A program made the position numbers and the translations under genes. Shown here one piece after another: positions 8,744 to 21,058 of a stretch of 59,701 bases of DNA. Source of the stretch: Candidatus Uhrbacteria bacterium RIFCSPHIGHO2_01_FULL_63_20 (GTDB lineage Bacteria > Patescibacteriota > Patescibacteriia > UBA9934 > GWF2-40-263); contig MGDT01000007.1 of NCBI GenBank assembly GCA_001791045.1, positions 60,872 through 120,572 of the forward strand, in the 5' to 3' direction. The notes beneath the pieces were generated by a model. That model was not told the origin of the DNA and did no database searches. It was given only the letters and a program-made list of their open reading frames with translations. The first letter of the stretch is position 1; each line of letters starts with the position of its first letter.

Positions 8744-9217
8744 ATGGAAGAAGAAAACAAAAAGGAGCTTGGGGAGCTTGAAGGGCTTGAGGTGAAGGCG
8801 ATGGAGTACCTCGCCGGATGGAAACGGGCGCTTGCGGATTACGACAATCTGAAAAAGGACCTGGCGCGCGAACGCGGCGAGATGCGCCGCGATGCCATGG
8901 AAGCGGCCGCCGAAGCCTTTCTGACCGTAGCCGCACACTTTGACCAAGCCGTACGTTTCCAGCCGCCAGACGAGAGTACGCGTAAATGGCTGGCAGGTGT
9001 TCTCCACATTCGAAGCGTCATGGACGAAGCCTTCCATTCACTCGGAATGACGCCGTTCGGGGAGGTGGGGGAAGCGTTCGATCCCGGAAGGCATGAGGCC
9101 GCAGGCCGCAGGCCGCAGGACGACGCGAAGCCGGATGCCATCGTCGAAGTCGTCTCGCGCGGGTGGAAGATCGGCGACCGCATCATCCGCCCCGCCTCCG
9201 TCATCGTCAATTCTTAA
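8744..9217 (+). CDS. grpE: Nucleotide exchange factor GrpE
   Basis: Position between hrcA and dnaK. Motifs YLAGWKRALADYDNLKKD and the C-terminal beta domain (VVSRGWKIGDRIIRPASV). Confidence 0.9.
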   Translation: MEEENKKELGELEGLEVKAMEYLAGWKRALADYDNLKKDLARERGEMRRDAMEAAAEAFLTVAAHFDQAVRFQPPDESTRKWLAGVLHIRSVMDEAFHSLGMTPFGEVGEAFDPGRHEAAGRRPQDDAKPDAIVEVVSRGWKIGDRIIRPASVIVNS

Positions 9218-9258
9218 TTCCCAACTCCCAGATACCAACTACCAAATACCAATTTCAA
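9218..9258 (+). repeat. Family A C/A-rich heptad element (forward copy) filling the grpE-dnaK spacer
   Basis: ttcccaactcccagataccaactaccaaataccaatttcaat. It shares a 22-nt exact block with the reverse complement of 13211-13240, and 21 nt with 1 mismatch with 47973-48005. Confidence 0.85.
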
Positions 9259-9259
9259 T

Positions 9260-11146
<1,887 letters not shown>

Positions 11147-11148
11147 CT

Positions 11149-11262
11149 GTGACGATCGAGCAGTACGCGGACATCGCCATCAAGGGGATCGCGCTCGTCG
11201 CGTTCATCTGCCTCCTTTGCGCGGCCACGTTCGGCGTGTTCGGGGGCGGCGATCATCACTGA
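11149..11262 (+). CDS. Candidate 37-aa single-TM micropeptide between dnaK and dnaJ
   Basis: GTG start 2 nt after the dnaK stop. VTIEQYADIAIKGIALVAFICLLCAATFGVFGGGDHH. Strong GC3 bias. TGA lies 3 nt before the dnaJ ATG. Confidence 0.4.
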   Translation: MTIEQYADIAIKGIALVAFICLLCAATFGVFGGGDHH

Positions 11263-11265
11263 CGC

Positions 11266-13466
<2,201 letters not shown>

Positions 13467-13474
13467 GGCCGTCT

Positions 13475-13855
13475 ATGGCCCAATCAAACGCGGGCCTCGC
13501 GATCAAATACTTCTTCGGCGACTTCGTAGGCGGGGTCGTGTTGTTTCCTGTTTGGTGGTACACCCGCGGGCTCATGCAGGCGGGGCGCTGGGCCGTGGGC
13601 GCGTTCTCGTCGGCCAACCGCACGCTCGGCTGGAGCATCTGGGCCAAGAACCTGTTCGTCCCCATGTACGGCGAGACCGAATGGTCCGGCCGCATCATCT
13701 CGTTCGGCGTGCGCTTCACCATGCTTATCGTGCGCGGGGTCGGCGTGCTGGTTTGGGGGGTGGGCGCGCTCGCGTTGTTCGTGTTCTATCTCATCGCCCC
13801 TCCACTCGCTGTGATCGGGATCCTCTACAACGCGGTGGGCTCGATCGCCTCATAA
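13475..13855 (+). CDS. Small integral membrane protein (126 aa) upstream of the Clp-type ATPase
   Basis: ATG at 13475. Three or four hydrophobic helices. TAA sits 2 nt before the next ATG. Confidence 0.6.
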   Translation: MAQSNAGLAIKYFFGDFVGGVVLFPVWWYTRGLMQAGRWAVGAFSSANRTLGWSIWAKNLFVPMYGETEWSGRIISFGVRFTMLIVRGVGVLVWGVGALALFVFYLIAPPLAVIGILYNAVGSIAS

Positions 13856-13857
13856 AT

Positions 13858-16476
13858 ATGGACGCGCCGTTCACCACCAAATTCGACGGTCAGCCGCGCG
13901 TGATGGTGCGCGTGGGCGGCGTGGCGTTCGCCTGGGACGAACGCGTGGACGCGGGCTCGATCGCGCTCAAGAAGGCGCGCGATAGCGCAAGCATGGGAAT
14001 CAACCTGGCGGCGTTTTTCCTGACCGTCGCCTGCCTCTTGCTTTCGATCGCACTCTCGCTGTTCTTCCCGCCAGATGTGTCTTCGATTGCCCAGCCGTCC
14101 GCACGAGGATTGTTCGGAGCATTGGCGCTCCTGGGCGGATGTTTCGTTTTCTATCGGTTGAGCGAGACGTCGCGCGCGCATCTCGCGATGCCCAAGCGTG
14201 CCAAGGATGCCACGCGTCCGACGCTTGAGCCGGCGCTTCCCAATGCGAAGGCCGTGAACGTGGCGCCGCTCTTTTCCGCTGACGCGATGAAGGCGGTGGA
14301 GGAAGCGTATCGGCTCGCGGAGCGTTATGGTCATGCCGAGCTTCTCCCGCTCCACCTGTTCGTGGGCTCCCTCACGTCGGGCGAAGCCGCGGCCGTGTTC
14401 GCGCGCCTGGGCGTGTCGTTCGAGGCGATGAAGGATCCGCTCGCCCGACGGTTGCAATCCCAGCAGCTCGGCAAGCCGCCCAGGATGTCCGCCGCCGCCG
14501 AGGAGGCGCTGCTCGCCGCGTTCGTGAACGCCTTCTGGGAGGCGCGCGCCAAGGTGTCGGCGGTCGAGATCCTCGCGGAAGCCTACGCGCGCGACGCGTT
14601 TTTGAAGGAGCTCCTGTTCGACCTCAAGGTGGATGAGACGCAGTTCGCCGCGTGCGTGGATTGGCTGCGCATCGAAGGGAAGATGCGCGAGCGCTACCAG
14701 CGGTTCCGCCGCGCGGCCGCGTACAAGCCCACCGGAGCCATGAACCGGTCCATGACCGCGGTCGCGACCCCGACGCTCGACGCGTTCTCCGAGGATCTCA
14801 CCTCGCTCGCCGCGCGCGGCGGGCTTCAGATGCTGGTGGGCCGTGACCGAGAGATCGACGCGACCTTCCGGGTGATCGAAGGGGGGAGGAAGAGCGTCCT
14901 GCTCGTCGGCCCCGATGGCACCGGCCGCGGCACGATCCTGGCCGGGATCGCGCAGCTCATGGTCGAGGAGCGCGTCCCCGCTCTGCTGCAGGACAAGCGT
15001 CTGGTGAGCCTGTCGCTCCCGCACCTGATGGCCGGCGTCGCGGCCGAGGAGATGCAGGCGCGTCTCGTGAGCGTGCTCGTGGAGGCGGCGCGGTCCAAGA
15101 ACATCGTGCTCGCGATCCCCGACCTGCATCTCGCGGTCGGCGCCGCGATCGAGCCCGTGCTCTCCGACGCGATCTCGCGCGGCGTGGTGTACGCGATCGC
15201 GACCACCGACATCCAGTCCTACGGCACGCTCGTTGAGCGAAGCGCGCTCGGCAGGCTATTCGAGAAAGTGGACGTGGGCGAGCCGGATGAACAGAACGCC
15301 ATCCGCATCCTGGAGTCCAAGATCGGCGTGATCGAGTACGAGCACAAGGTGATGTTCACGTACGAGGCGGTCGAGAAGGCGGTGAAGCTGTCCGATCGGT
15401 ACCTGCACGAGCAGTACCTGCCGGCCAAGGCGATCCAGGTGTGTCGCGAAGCCGCGCAGGAGGTGGCCAAGACGAAGGGGCAGAACGCACAGGTGACGGG
15501 CGAGGACGTGGCGAAGGTCGTGGCAGACAAGACCGGCGTGCCGCTCACCAAGGTCGGCGGGGACGAGACGCAGGCGCTGCTCAACATGGAAACCCGCCTG
15601 CATGACCGCGTGATCGGCCAGGAGGAAGCGGTGAAGGCGGTGTCCGCGGCGCTTCGTCGCGCGCGCACCGAGCTGCGCAGCGACACCCGCCCGATCGCGG
15701 CGTTCCTGTTCCTGGGTCCGACCGGGGTGGGGAAGACCGAGCTTGCCAAGGCGATCGCCGAGACCTATTTCGGGAGCGAGGACTCCATGCTGCGGTTCGA
15801 CATGAGCGAATATCAGGAGGCGGGAAGCGTGGAACGATTGCTTGGCTCCTCGACGAACCCGGCCGGGTTGCTCACCGAAGCGGTGCGCCGCAAGCCGTTC
15901 GCCATCCTGCTCCTCGACGAGTTCGAGAAGGCGCATCCCGACATCCTCAACCTGTTCCTTCAGGTGTTCGACGACGGGCGGCTCACCGATGCCGCGGGCC
16001 GCACGGTGGATTTCACCAACTGCATCATCGTGGCGACGAGCAACGCCGGCACTCCGTACGTGCAGCAAGCGGTCTCCGAAGGGAAGGCACTGCCGGAGAT
16101 CCGCACCCACCTCATGGAGGTCGAGCTGCGCGGCATCTACCGGCCGGAGCTGTTGAACCGTTTCGACGGGGTGATCGTGTTCAAGCCGCTCACCAAGGAC
16201 GAGGTGTTGCAGATCGCCTACCTGCTGGTCGGCAAGGTCGCCTCACGATTGGAACCGAAAGGGATCGCCTTCCGCGCCACCGACGAAGCCGTCGCCGAGC
16301 TCGCGCAGAAAGGATTCGACCCGCTGTTCGGCGCCCGCCCGCTGCGACGCGTCATCCAAGAGGAGGTTGACAACGCGATCGCCAAAGCGCTTCTTGAGGG
16401 GAAGGTCCGCCGCCGAGACACGATCGTCTTGAAGCCGGGCGGGGCCATCGACATCGAAAAAGCCGCTGAACTGTGA
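13858..16476 (+). CDS. Membrane-anchored Clp/Hsp100-family AAA+ ATPase (ClpB/ClpC-like) with a degenerate first nucleotide-binding domain
   Basis: N-terminal TM segment (INLAAFFLTVACLLLSIALSLFF). Clp_N-like repeats. D1 Walker A reads GPDGTGRGT (14908-14934) and the Walker B position reads IPDLH. D2 is canonical: GPTGVGKT (15715-15738), LLLDEFEKAH, GARPLRR. Confidence 0.85.
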   Translation: MDAPFTTKFDGQPRVMVRVGGVAFAWDERVDAGSIALKKARDSASMGINLAAFFLTVACLLLSIALSLFFPPDVSSIAQPSARGLFGALALLGGCFVFYRLSETSRAHLAMPKRAKDATRPTLEPALPNAKAVNVAPLFSADAMKAVEEAYRLAERYGHAELLPLHLFVGSLTSGEAAAVFARLGVSFEAMKDPLARRLQSQQLGKPPRMSAAAEEALLAAFVNAFWEARAKVSAVEILAEAYARDAFLKELLFDLKVDETQFAACVDWLRIEGKMRERYQRFRRAAAYKPTGAMNRSMTAVATPTLDAFSEDLTSLAARGGLQMLVGRDREIDATFRVIEGGRKSVLLVGPDGTGRGTILAGIAQLMVEERVPALLQDKRLVSLSLPHLMAGVAAEEMQARLVSVLVEAARSKNIVLAIPDLHLAVGAAIEPVLSDAISRGVVYAIATTDIQSYGTLVERSALGRLFEKVDVGEPDEQNAIRILESKIGVIEYEHKVMFTYEAVEKAVKLSDRYLHEQYLPAKAIQVCREAAQEVAKTKGQNAQVTGEDVAKVVADKTGVPLTKVGGDETQALLNMETRLHDRVIGQEEAVKAVSAALRRARTELRSDTRPIAAFLFLGPTGVGKTELAKAIAETYFGSEDSMLRFDMSEYQEAGSVERLLGSSTNPAGLLTEAVRRKPFAILLLDEFEKAHPDILNLFLQVFDDGRLTDAAGRTVDFTNCIIVATSNAGTPYVQQAVSEGKALPEIRTHLMEVELRGIYRPELLNRFDGVIVFKPLTKDEVLQIAYLLVGKVASRLEPKGIAFRATDEAVAELAQKGFDPLFGARPLRRVIQEEVDNAIAKALLEGKVRRRDTIVLKPGGAIDIEKAAEL

Positions 16477-17516
16477 TCCCCGCCATCGTTTCCTGGATGA
16501 TGATCGCCCTGGCCGTGTCGTTCATCGCGACACGGTGTTTGGTTTCGCTCGTCCCGAAACTCAAGGTGGTGGACACCCCCGACGGGGAACGCAGGACGCA
16601 CGCGCGCGCCGTCCCGCTTCTCGGCGGGATTGCCATCTTCGTGACCGTCGCCGCGTGCTTGCACGTGCTGCTCGCGGACACGGATTCGCTCACGGGCGGG
16701 GAAGTGGGCACGAGGCAGTACGCCGGGTTCCTGCTGGGCGGCCTCATCCTGATGGTGGGCGGCTATCTGGATGACAAGCATCGCCTCCCGCCGCGGTTCG
16801 CGGTGGTCGCCCCCGTGCTCGCGGCCCTCGTCGCGATCGCGTCCGGCATCCAGGTGGAGAAACTCACGAACCCGTTCGGCGGGATCATCTATCTGGAGTC
16901 GTGGCAGAGCGATGTGCTCGTGTTCATCTGGCTCATGGGAGCGATGTACACCACGAAGTTCCTGGACGGCCTCGATGGGCTTGCAACCTCGGTCTCCTCC
17001 GTCGGCGCGTTCATGGTGATGTGCCTCGCGCTCACGGCCGCGTACTTCCAGCCCGACGTCGCGCTGTTCGCGGCGATCGGCGTGGGCGCGCTCGCCGGGT
17101 TCCTGTTTTGGAATCTTCCTCCCGCCGCCATCTTCCTCGGAGAGGGAGGGAGCACCTTCGTCGGCTTCCTGATCGGGACGCTCGCGGTCATCTCGGGCGG
17201 GAAGATCGCGACCGCCGCGCTCGTGCTGGGCGTGCCGATCATGGACGTGGCCTGGGTGATCTTGCGCCGATGGAACGCGGGCGGGCCCAGGAACGTGTTC
17301 AGGGGAGATCGCAAACATCTGCATCACCGCCTTCTCGCGCTGGGTTGGTCGCAACGCCAGGTCGTGGCCGGGTACACGCTCGTGGCCGCCGCGTTCGGCG
17401 CCGCGGCGCTGTTCCTGCAAAGCCGCGAGAAGCTGCTCGCCATGTTGGCACTCATGGGGCTCATGCTCTTCCTCGCCGCCTTCCTGGTCGCGCGCGAACG
17501 GCAATCGCATGCTTAA
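16473..17516 (+). CDS. MraY/WecA-family polyprenyl-phosphate N-acetylhexosamine-1-phosphate transferase (GT4)
   Basis: Multi-TM protein with YLDDKHRL, FLDGLDGLA and HLHHRLL motifs. The start overlaps the upstream stop (GTGA). Confidence 0.8.
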   Translation: MIPAIVSWMMIALAVSFIATRCLVSLVPKLKVVDTPDGERRTHARAVPLLGGIAIFVTVAACLHVLLADTDSLTGGEVGTRQYAGFLLGGLILMVGGYLDDKHRLPPRFAVVAPVLAALVAIASGIQVEKLTNPFGGIIYLESWQSDVLVFIWLMGAMYTTKFLDGLDGLATSVSSVGAFMVMCLALTAAYFQPDVALFAAIGVGALAGFLFWNLPPAAIFLGEGGSTFVGFLIGTLAVISGGKIATAALVLGVPIMDVAWVILRRWNAGGPRNVFRGDRKHLHHRLLALGWSQRQVVAGYTLVAAAFGAAALFLQSREKLLAMLALMGLMLFLAAFLVARERQSHA

Positions 17517-17967
17517 GGCGATCGCCGCCATCCTGATCGTCCTCGCGGTCGCGTTCTGGTTTTTCCGCACGCGGGCGCCGTCCGTCCCGCTTCCGGAAGG
17601 GATCGCGGGGCTTCCGGACGGCACCACGGTCGCGGTGGAAATCGCGGACACGCCCGCCTCGCGTTCCCGCGGACTCTCCGGACGGGATGACCTGCCTAAA
17701 GGGCAAGGGATGCTGTTCATCTACGACACGCCAGGCGTCTACGGGTTCTGGATGCAGGGGATGAGGTTCCCGATCGACATGGTTTGGATGGACGAAGGGA
17801 AGGTCGTCACGGTCGCGTCCGACGTGCCGTATCAAGGTGCCAGCCAGTTCGCCATCACGAACCCAACGGCTCCGGCGGACATGATCTTGGAGCTGCCGGC
17901 GGGATACGCCTCGGCCCATGGGGTCGTGGAAGGCGCGACGCTTGACATCCGGCTGCCATCACGCTAA
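17509..17967 (+). CDS. DUF192-domain protein
   Basis: Signal/TM segment, then VEIADTPASRSRGLSGR...GMLFIY...FWMQGMRFPIDMVWMD...ILELPAG. Confidence 0.75.
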   Translation: MLKAIAAILIVLAVAFWFFRTRAPSVPLPEGIAGLPDGTTVAVEIADTPASRSRGLSGRDDLPKGQGMLFIYDTPGVYGFWMQGMRFPIDMVWMDEGKVVTVASDVPYQGASQFAITNPTAPADMILELPAGYASAHGVVEGATLDIRLPSR

Positions 17968-18034
17968 CCTTCGCGCATTAATCATTCAGATCACAGGCGA
18001 TAAGCCCTTGGGAGCCGAGGCCGTGAGAGCACCT

Positions 18035-18346
18035 ATGATCGCCGTAGTCAAAACGGGTGGCAAGCAGTACGTGGTCCGCGAGGGCCAGGAACTGGTCGCC
18101 GAATGGATCGAAGAGAGCCCGGTGGGATCCACCATCGAGCTCACCACCTTCCTCGTCGCCGACGAAGAGGGGAAGAACGTGAAGGTGGGCAATCCCGTGG
18201 CCGGCAAGGTCACCGCCAAGGTGATGGAGCACGGCCGGGGGGAGAAGGTGCTGGTCGTGAAGTACAAGCCGAAGTCGCGCTACCGCCGCCATGTCGGCCA
18301 CCGCCAGCCGTTCACCAAGCTCAAGATCGAAAAAATCTCCGCGTAA
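18035..18346 (+). CDS. rplU: 50S ribosomal protein L21
   Basis: MIAVVKTGGKQYVVREGQ...KVLVVKYKPKSRYRRHVGHRQPFTKLKI. Confidence 0.95.
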   Translation: MIAVVKTGGKQYVVREGQELVAEWIEESPVGSTIELTTFLVADEEGKNVKVGNPVAGKVTAKVMEHGRGEKVLVVKYKPKSRYRRHVGHRQPFTKLKIEKISA

Positions 18347-18420
18347 GCGGGGATTTTTCATATACCAATACAATCACGGGCCCGGGACGGCAGCCGTCCC
18401 CTTCGGTCCTGCCCGGGAAA

Positions 18421-18456
18421 AAACAAAACGACCTCCGCAAGGCGGGGGTCGTTTTG
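18421..18456. terminator. Bidirectional terminator between rplU and recR
   Basis: aaaa-cgacctccgc-aag-gcgggggtcg-tttt. The T-tract is better on the minus strand. Confidence 0.75.
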
Positions 18457-18524
18457 CTGACATCCAGAATCATCATCAGAATACGGTATCCGCAGGGGTT
18501 TGTCAATGGCCGCGTTTTGGACAA

Positions 18525-19127
18525 TCACGCGTCCCTCCGTCCCTTGAGCGCGTCGCCGAGTGTGACCTCGTCGGCGTACTCGAGGCTGGCGCCCATCGGG
18601 AGGCCGCGGGCGAGACGCGTGACGCGGCGGCCAAGCGGAGACAAGCGTTTCCCCAGATACATCATGGTGGTCTCGCCGGCAACGGTGGGGGAGAGTGCCA
18701 GGATGATCTCGTTGATCCCCGTGTCGGAAGCGACGCGTTGCTCCAGGTCCGCGATGCGCAGCGTCTCGGGCATGACCCCTTCGATCGGGTTCAGGATTCC
18801 TCCGAGCACGAGGTACAGCCCGCGGTACGCTCCGGTGGATTCGATGGTGGCGATATCGCGAGATTCTTCCACGACGCACACGACCGTTTTGTCCCGGCGG
18901 CCATCCGAACAGATGTCGCAGGTGTCAGCCTCGCCGTAGCAAAAGCACTTCCCGCACACCTTCACGCGTTCGCCCAGCTTCACGATCGCTCCGGCCATCA
19001 CCGAAAGATCGCCCTTGGGCAATTTCAGCAGGTAATAGACAAAGCGCAGGGCCGTTTTCGGCCCCACGCCTGGCAGTCGCGCGAACGCCGCGACGCAATT
19101 GGCGATGGGTTCGGGGAAGCGCCGCAT
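18525..19127 (-). CDS. recR: Recombination protein RecR
   Basis: LPGVGPKTALR helix-hairpin-helix, C4 zinc finger CGKC...CDIC, Toprim domain. Confidence 0.95.
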   Translation of the reverse strand: MRRFPEPIANCVAAFARLPGVGPKTALRFVYYLLKLPKGDLSVMAGAIVKLGERVKVCGKCFCYGEADTCDICSDGRRDKTVVCVVEESRDIATIESTGAYRGLYLVLGGILNPIEGVMPETLRIADLEQRVASDTGINEIILALSPTVAGETTMMYLGKRLSPLGRRVTRLARGLPMGASLEYADEVTLGDALKGRRDA

Positions 19128-19128
19128 G

Positions 19129-19431
19129 CTACATCCCGGCCTGCTTCATGAGGTCGCGCAGGTCGCCCATGTCCTTCATCTTGCCGGCCATTTCCTTTTG
19201 CAACTTCTTGGTCGCGTCGGCGAACGCATCTTTCAGCGTGGCTACGAGCTTCGTCTTGTCGCTCATGAGCTCGTCCGCGATGTGGATGTCGAGCACGCGC
19301 TGGTTGCCGTTCATCTTCACCTTCACCTTGCCCCAACCTGCCTCGCCCTCGGCCACGATGTCGTCGAGCGTGTTCTGCATCTGCTTGGCCTGGGTGCGGA
19401 GATTCTTGATGGCTTTGATCTTGTTGAACAT
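19129..19431 (-). CDS. ybaB: YbaB/EbfC-family nucleoid-associated protein
   Basis: 100 aa, MQNTLDDIV.EGEAG.GKVKVKMNGNQRVLDIHI. Classic position upstream of recR. Confidence 0.9.
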   Translation of the reverse strand: MFNKIKAIKNLRTQAKQMQNTLDDIVAEGEAGWGKVKVKMNGNQRVLDIHIADELMSDKTKLVATLKDAFADATKKLQKEMAGKMKDMGDLRDLMKQAGM

Positions 19432-19443
19432 ATCGCAGCCAGT

Positions 19444-20979
19444 CTAACCTCCGGACGGGTTGGGGTCCAGGGGCGGGGGAGGGGTGTCACCGGGAGGGAC
19501 GGGGGTTGCGGAGTGGGCATGGGCGGGCAAAGGGGGAGCGGCATGCGCCGGCGCGGCCATGGGGGGCGGTGAGTGCATGGGAGGAGGGGTCGGTCCGCCC
19601 GAGTATTGCGACGGACGGCGATCAAGGTTCTTGAAGCTGGTGCGCGTGTCGTCGAAGAACAGCCGCACCATCCCCGTGGGCCCGTTACGGTGCTTGGAGA
19701 TGTAGATCTCGGCCAGGTTCTTTTCCTCGGGGGAGAGGTCCTCGGGGCGGTAGTTCCGGTCCGCGGACTTGCGGTAGATGAACAGCACCACGTCGGCGTC
19801 CTGTTCGATGGAACCCGAGTCGCGCAGGTGGGAGAGCTTCGGGATCGCCGGCTTGCTCATCTCGACGGCACGCGAGAGCTGGGCGAGCGCCAACACCGGC
19901 ACGTGGAGTTCGCGCGCGATCTGTTTCAGGCCGCGGGAAATTTCCGACACTTCCTGCACGCGGTTCTCGGGGCCGGAGTTCTTGCTCCTGCCTTCCATGA
20001 GCTGCAGGTAGTCCACGATGATCAGCCCCACGCCCTGTTCGGCCTGCAGGCGGCGGCATTTGGTGCGCAGTTCCATCACCGAAAGCGAAGCCGAGTCGTC
20101 GATGAAGATGGGAGCCTCGGAGAGCACGCCGAGCGCGTGGCCGATGCGCGGGAAATCATCCTCGCGGTCCGACAGCCTCCCCGTGCGCAGCTTCCACAGC
20201 TCCACGTTCGCCTCGGCGCAGATCATGCGGTCCACCAGCTGCTCCTTGGACATCTCGAGCGAGAAGATGGCCGTGGGGATCTTGGACTTCACGGCGACAT
20301 TCCTCGCGATATCAAGCGCGAGCGACGTCTTTCCCACCGAAGGACGGGCGGCCAGGATGATGAGGTCGCTTTTCTGGAGTCCCGCCAGCATCCCGTCGAG
20401 CTCGTTCAACCCCGTGGGGACGCCGCGCAGCTTCCCGCGGTCGCGGTGCAGCTCGTCGATGCGCTCGAACGCGCTTGCGAGCACGCTCCTGATCGCCACG
20501 AAGGTGTTCTTGAGGAACTTCTGGCTCACGCCGAACAGCGTGCGCTCGGCCTCGTCGAGGGTGAGCTCCACGTCTTCGTCCTCCGCGTATCCCAGCTTGG
20601 TAATCCCGGCGGCCGCGTCAATGAGGCGGCGCAGCGTGGATTTCTTCTGCACGATCTGCGCGTACTGCACGATGTGCGCCGAGGTGGGCACCAGGTTCGA
20701 CAGTTCCACCAGGTAGCTCCTCCCGCCCACGCGCTGCAGGTGGCCTTTCTCCTCGAGGCGGTTGCCCAGCGTCAGGATGTCCACCGGTTCGTGGCGTTCG
20801 TACAGCTCGATCATCCCGTCGAACACCAGGCGGTGGGAATCGCGGTAGAAATCCTCGGCCCGCACCACGTCGGCCACCTTCATCATGGCGTCGGGGTCCA
20901 CCAAGAGGCAGCCGAGCAGGGATTGCTCGGCTTCGATGTTCTGCGGGGGCATCCGTTCAGCGGCCATAGCGAGAAGCAT
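19444..20979 (-). CDS. dnaB: Replicative DNA helicase DnaB with a ~58-aa Pro-rich C-terminal tail
   Basis: PQNIEAEQSLLG, Walker A ARPSVGKT, IIVDYLQLM, and so on. Tail is RRPSQYSGGPTPPPMHSPPP...DPNPSGG. The start may be 20979 or 20967. Confidence 0.95.
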   Translation of the reverse strand: MLLAMAAERMPPQNIEAEQSLLGCLLVDPDAMMKVADVVRAEDFYRDSHRLVFDGMIELYERHEPVDILTLGNRLEEKGHLQRVGGRSYLVELSNLVPTSAHIVQYAQIVQKKSTLRRLIDAAAGITKLGYAEDEDVELTLDEAERTLFGVSQKFLKNTFVAIRSVLASAFERIDELHRDRGKLRGVPTGLNELDGMLAGLQKSDLIILAARPSVGKTSLALDIARNVAVKSKIPTAIFSLEMSKEQLVDRMICAEANVELWKLRTGRLSDREDDFPRIGHALGVLSEAPIFIDDSASLSVMELRTKCRRLQAEQGVGLIIVDYLQLMEGRSKNSGPENRVQEVSEISRGLKQIARELHVPVLALAQLSRAVEMSKPAIPKLSHLRDSGSIEQDADVVLFIYRKSADRNYRPEDLSPEEKNLAEIYISKHRNGPTGMVRLFFDDTRTSFKNLDRRPSQYSGGPTPPPMHSPPPMAAPAHAAPPLPAHAHSATPVPPGDTPPPPLDPNPSGG

Positions 20980-21058
20980 GGTAGCGAACAGGGGGAAGCG
21001 GGAGAAGGGGGGGGAAGGGGACGGGATGTGATAAACTTGTGCATGAATCCCGGGAGTT

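Noticed and set aside
18470-18515. Minus-strand promoter-like TTGACA-17-TATTCT just downstream of recR, which would point into the bidirectional terminator and produce a ~50-nt sRNA
   Set aside because: It is a single weak prediction with no conserved structure apart from the terminator itself, and is probably a chance match. It would need transcriptome evidence.
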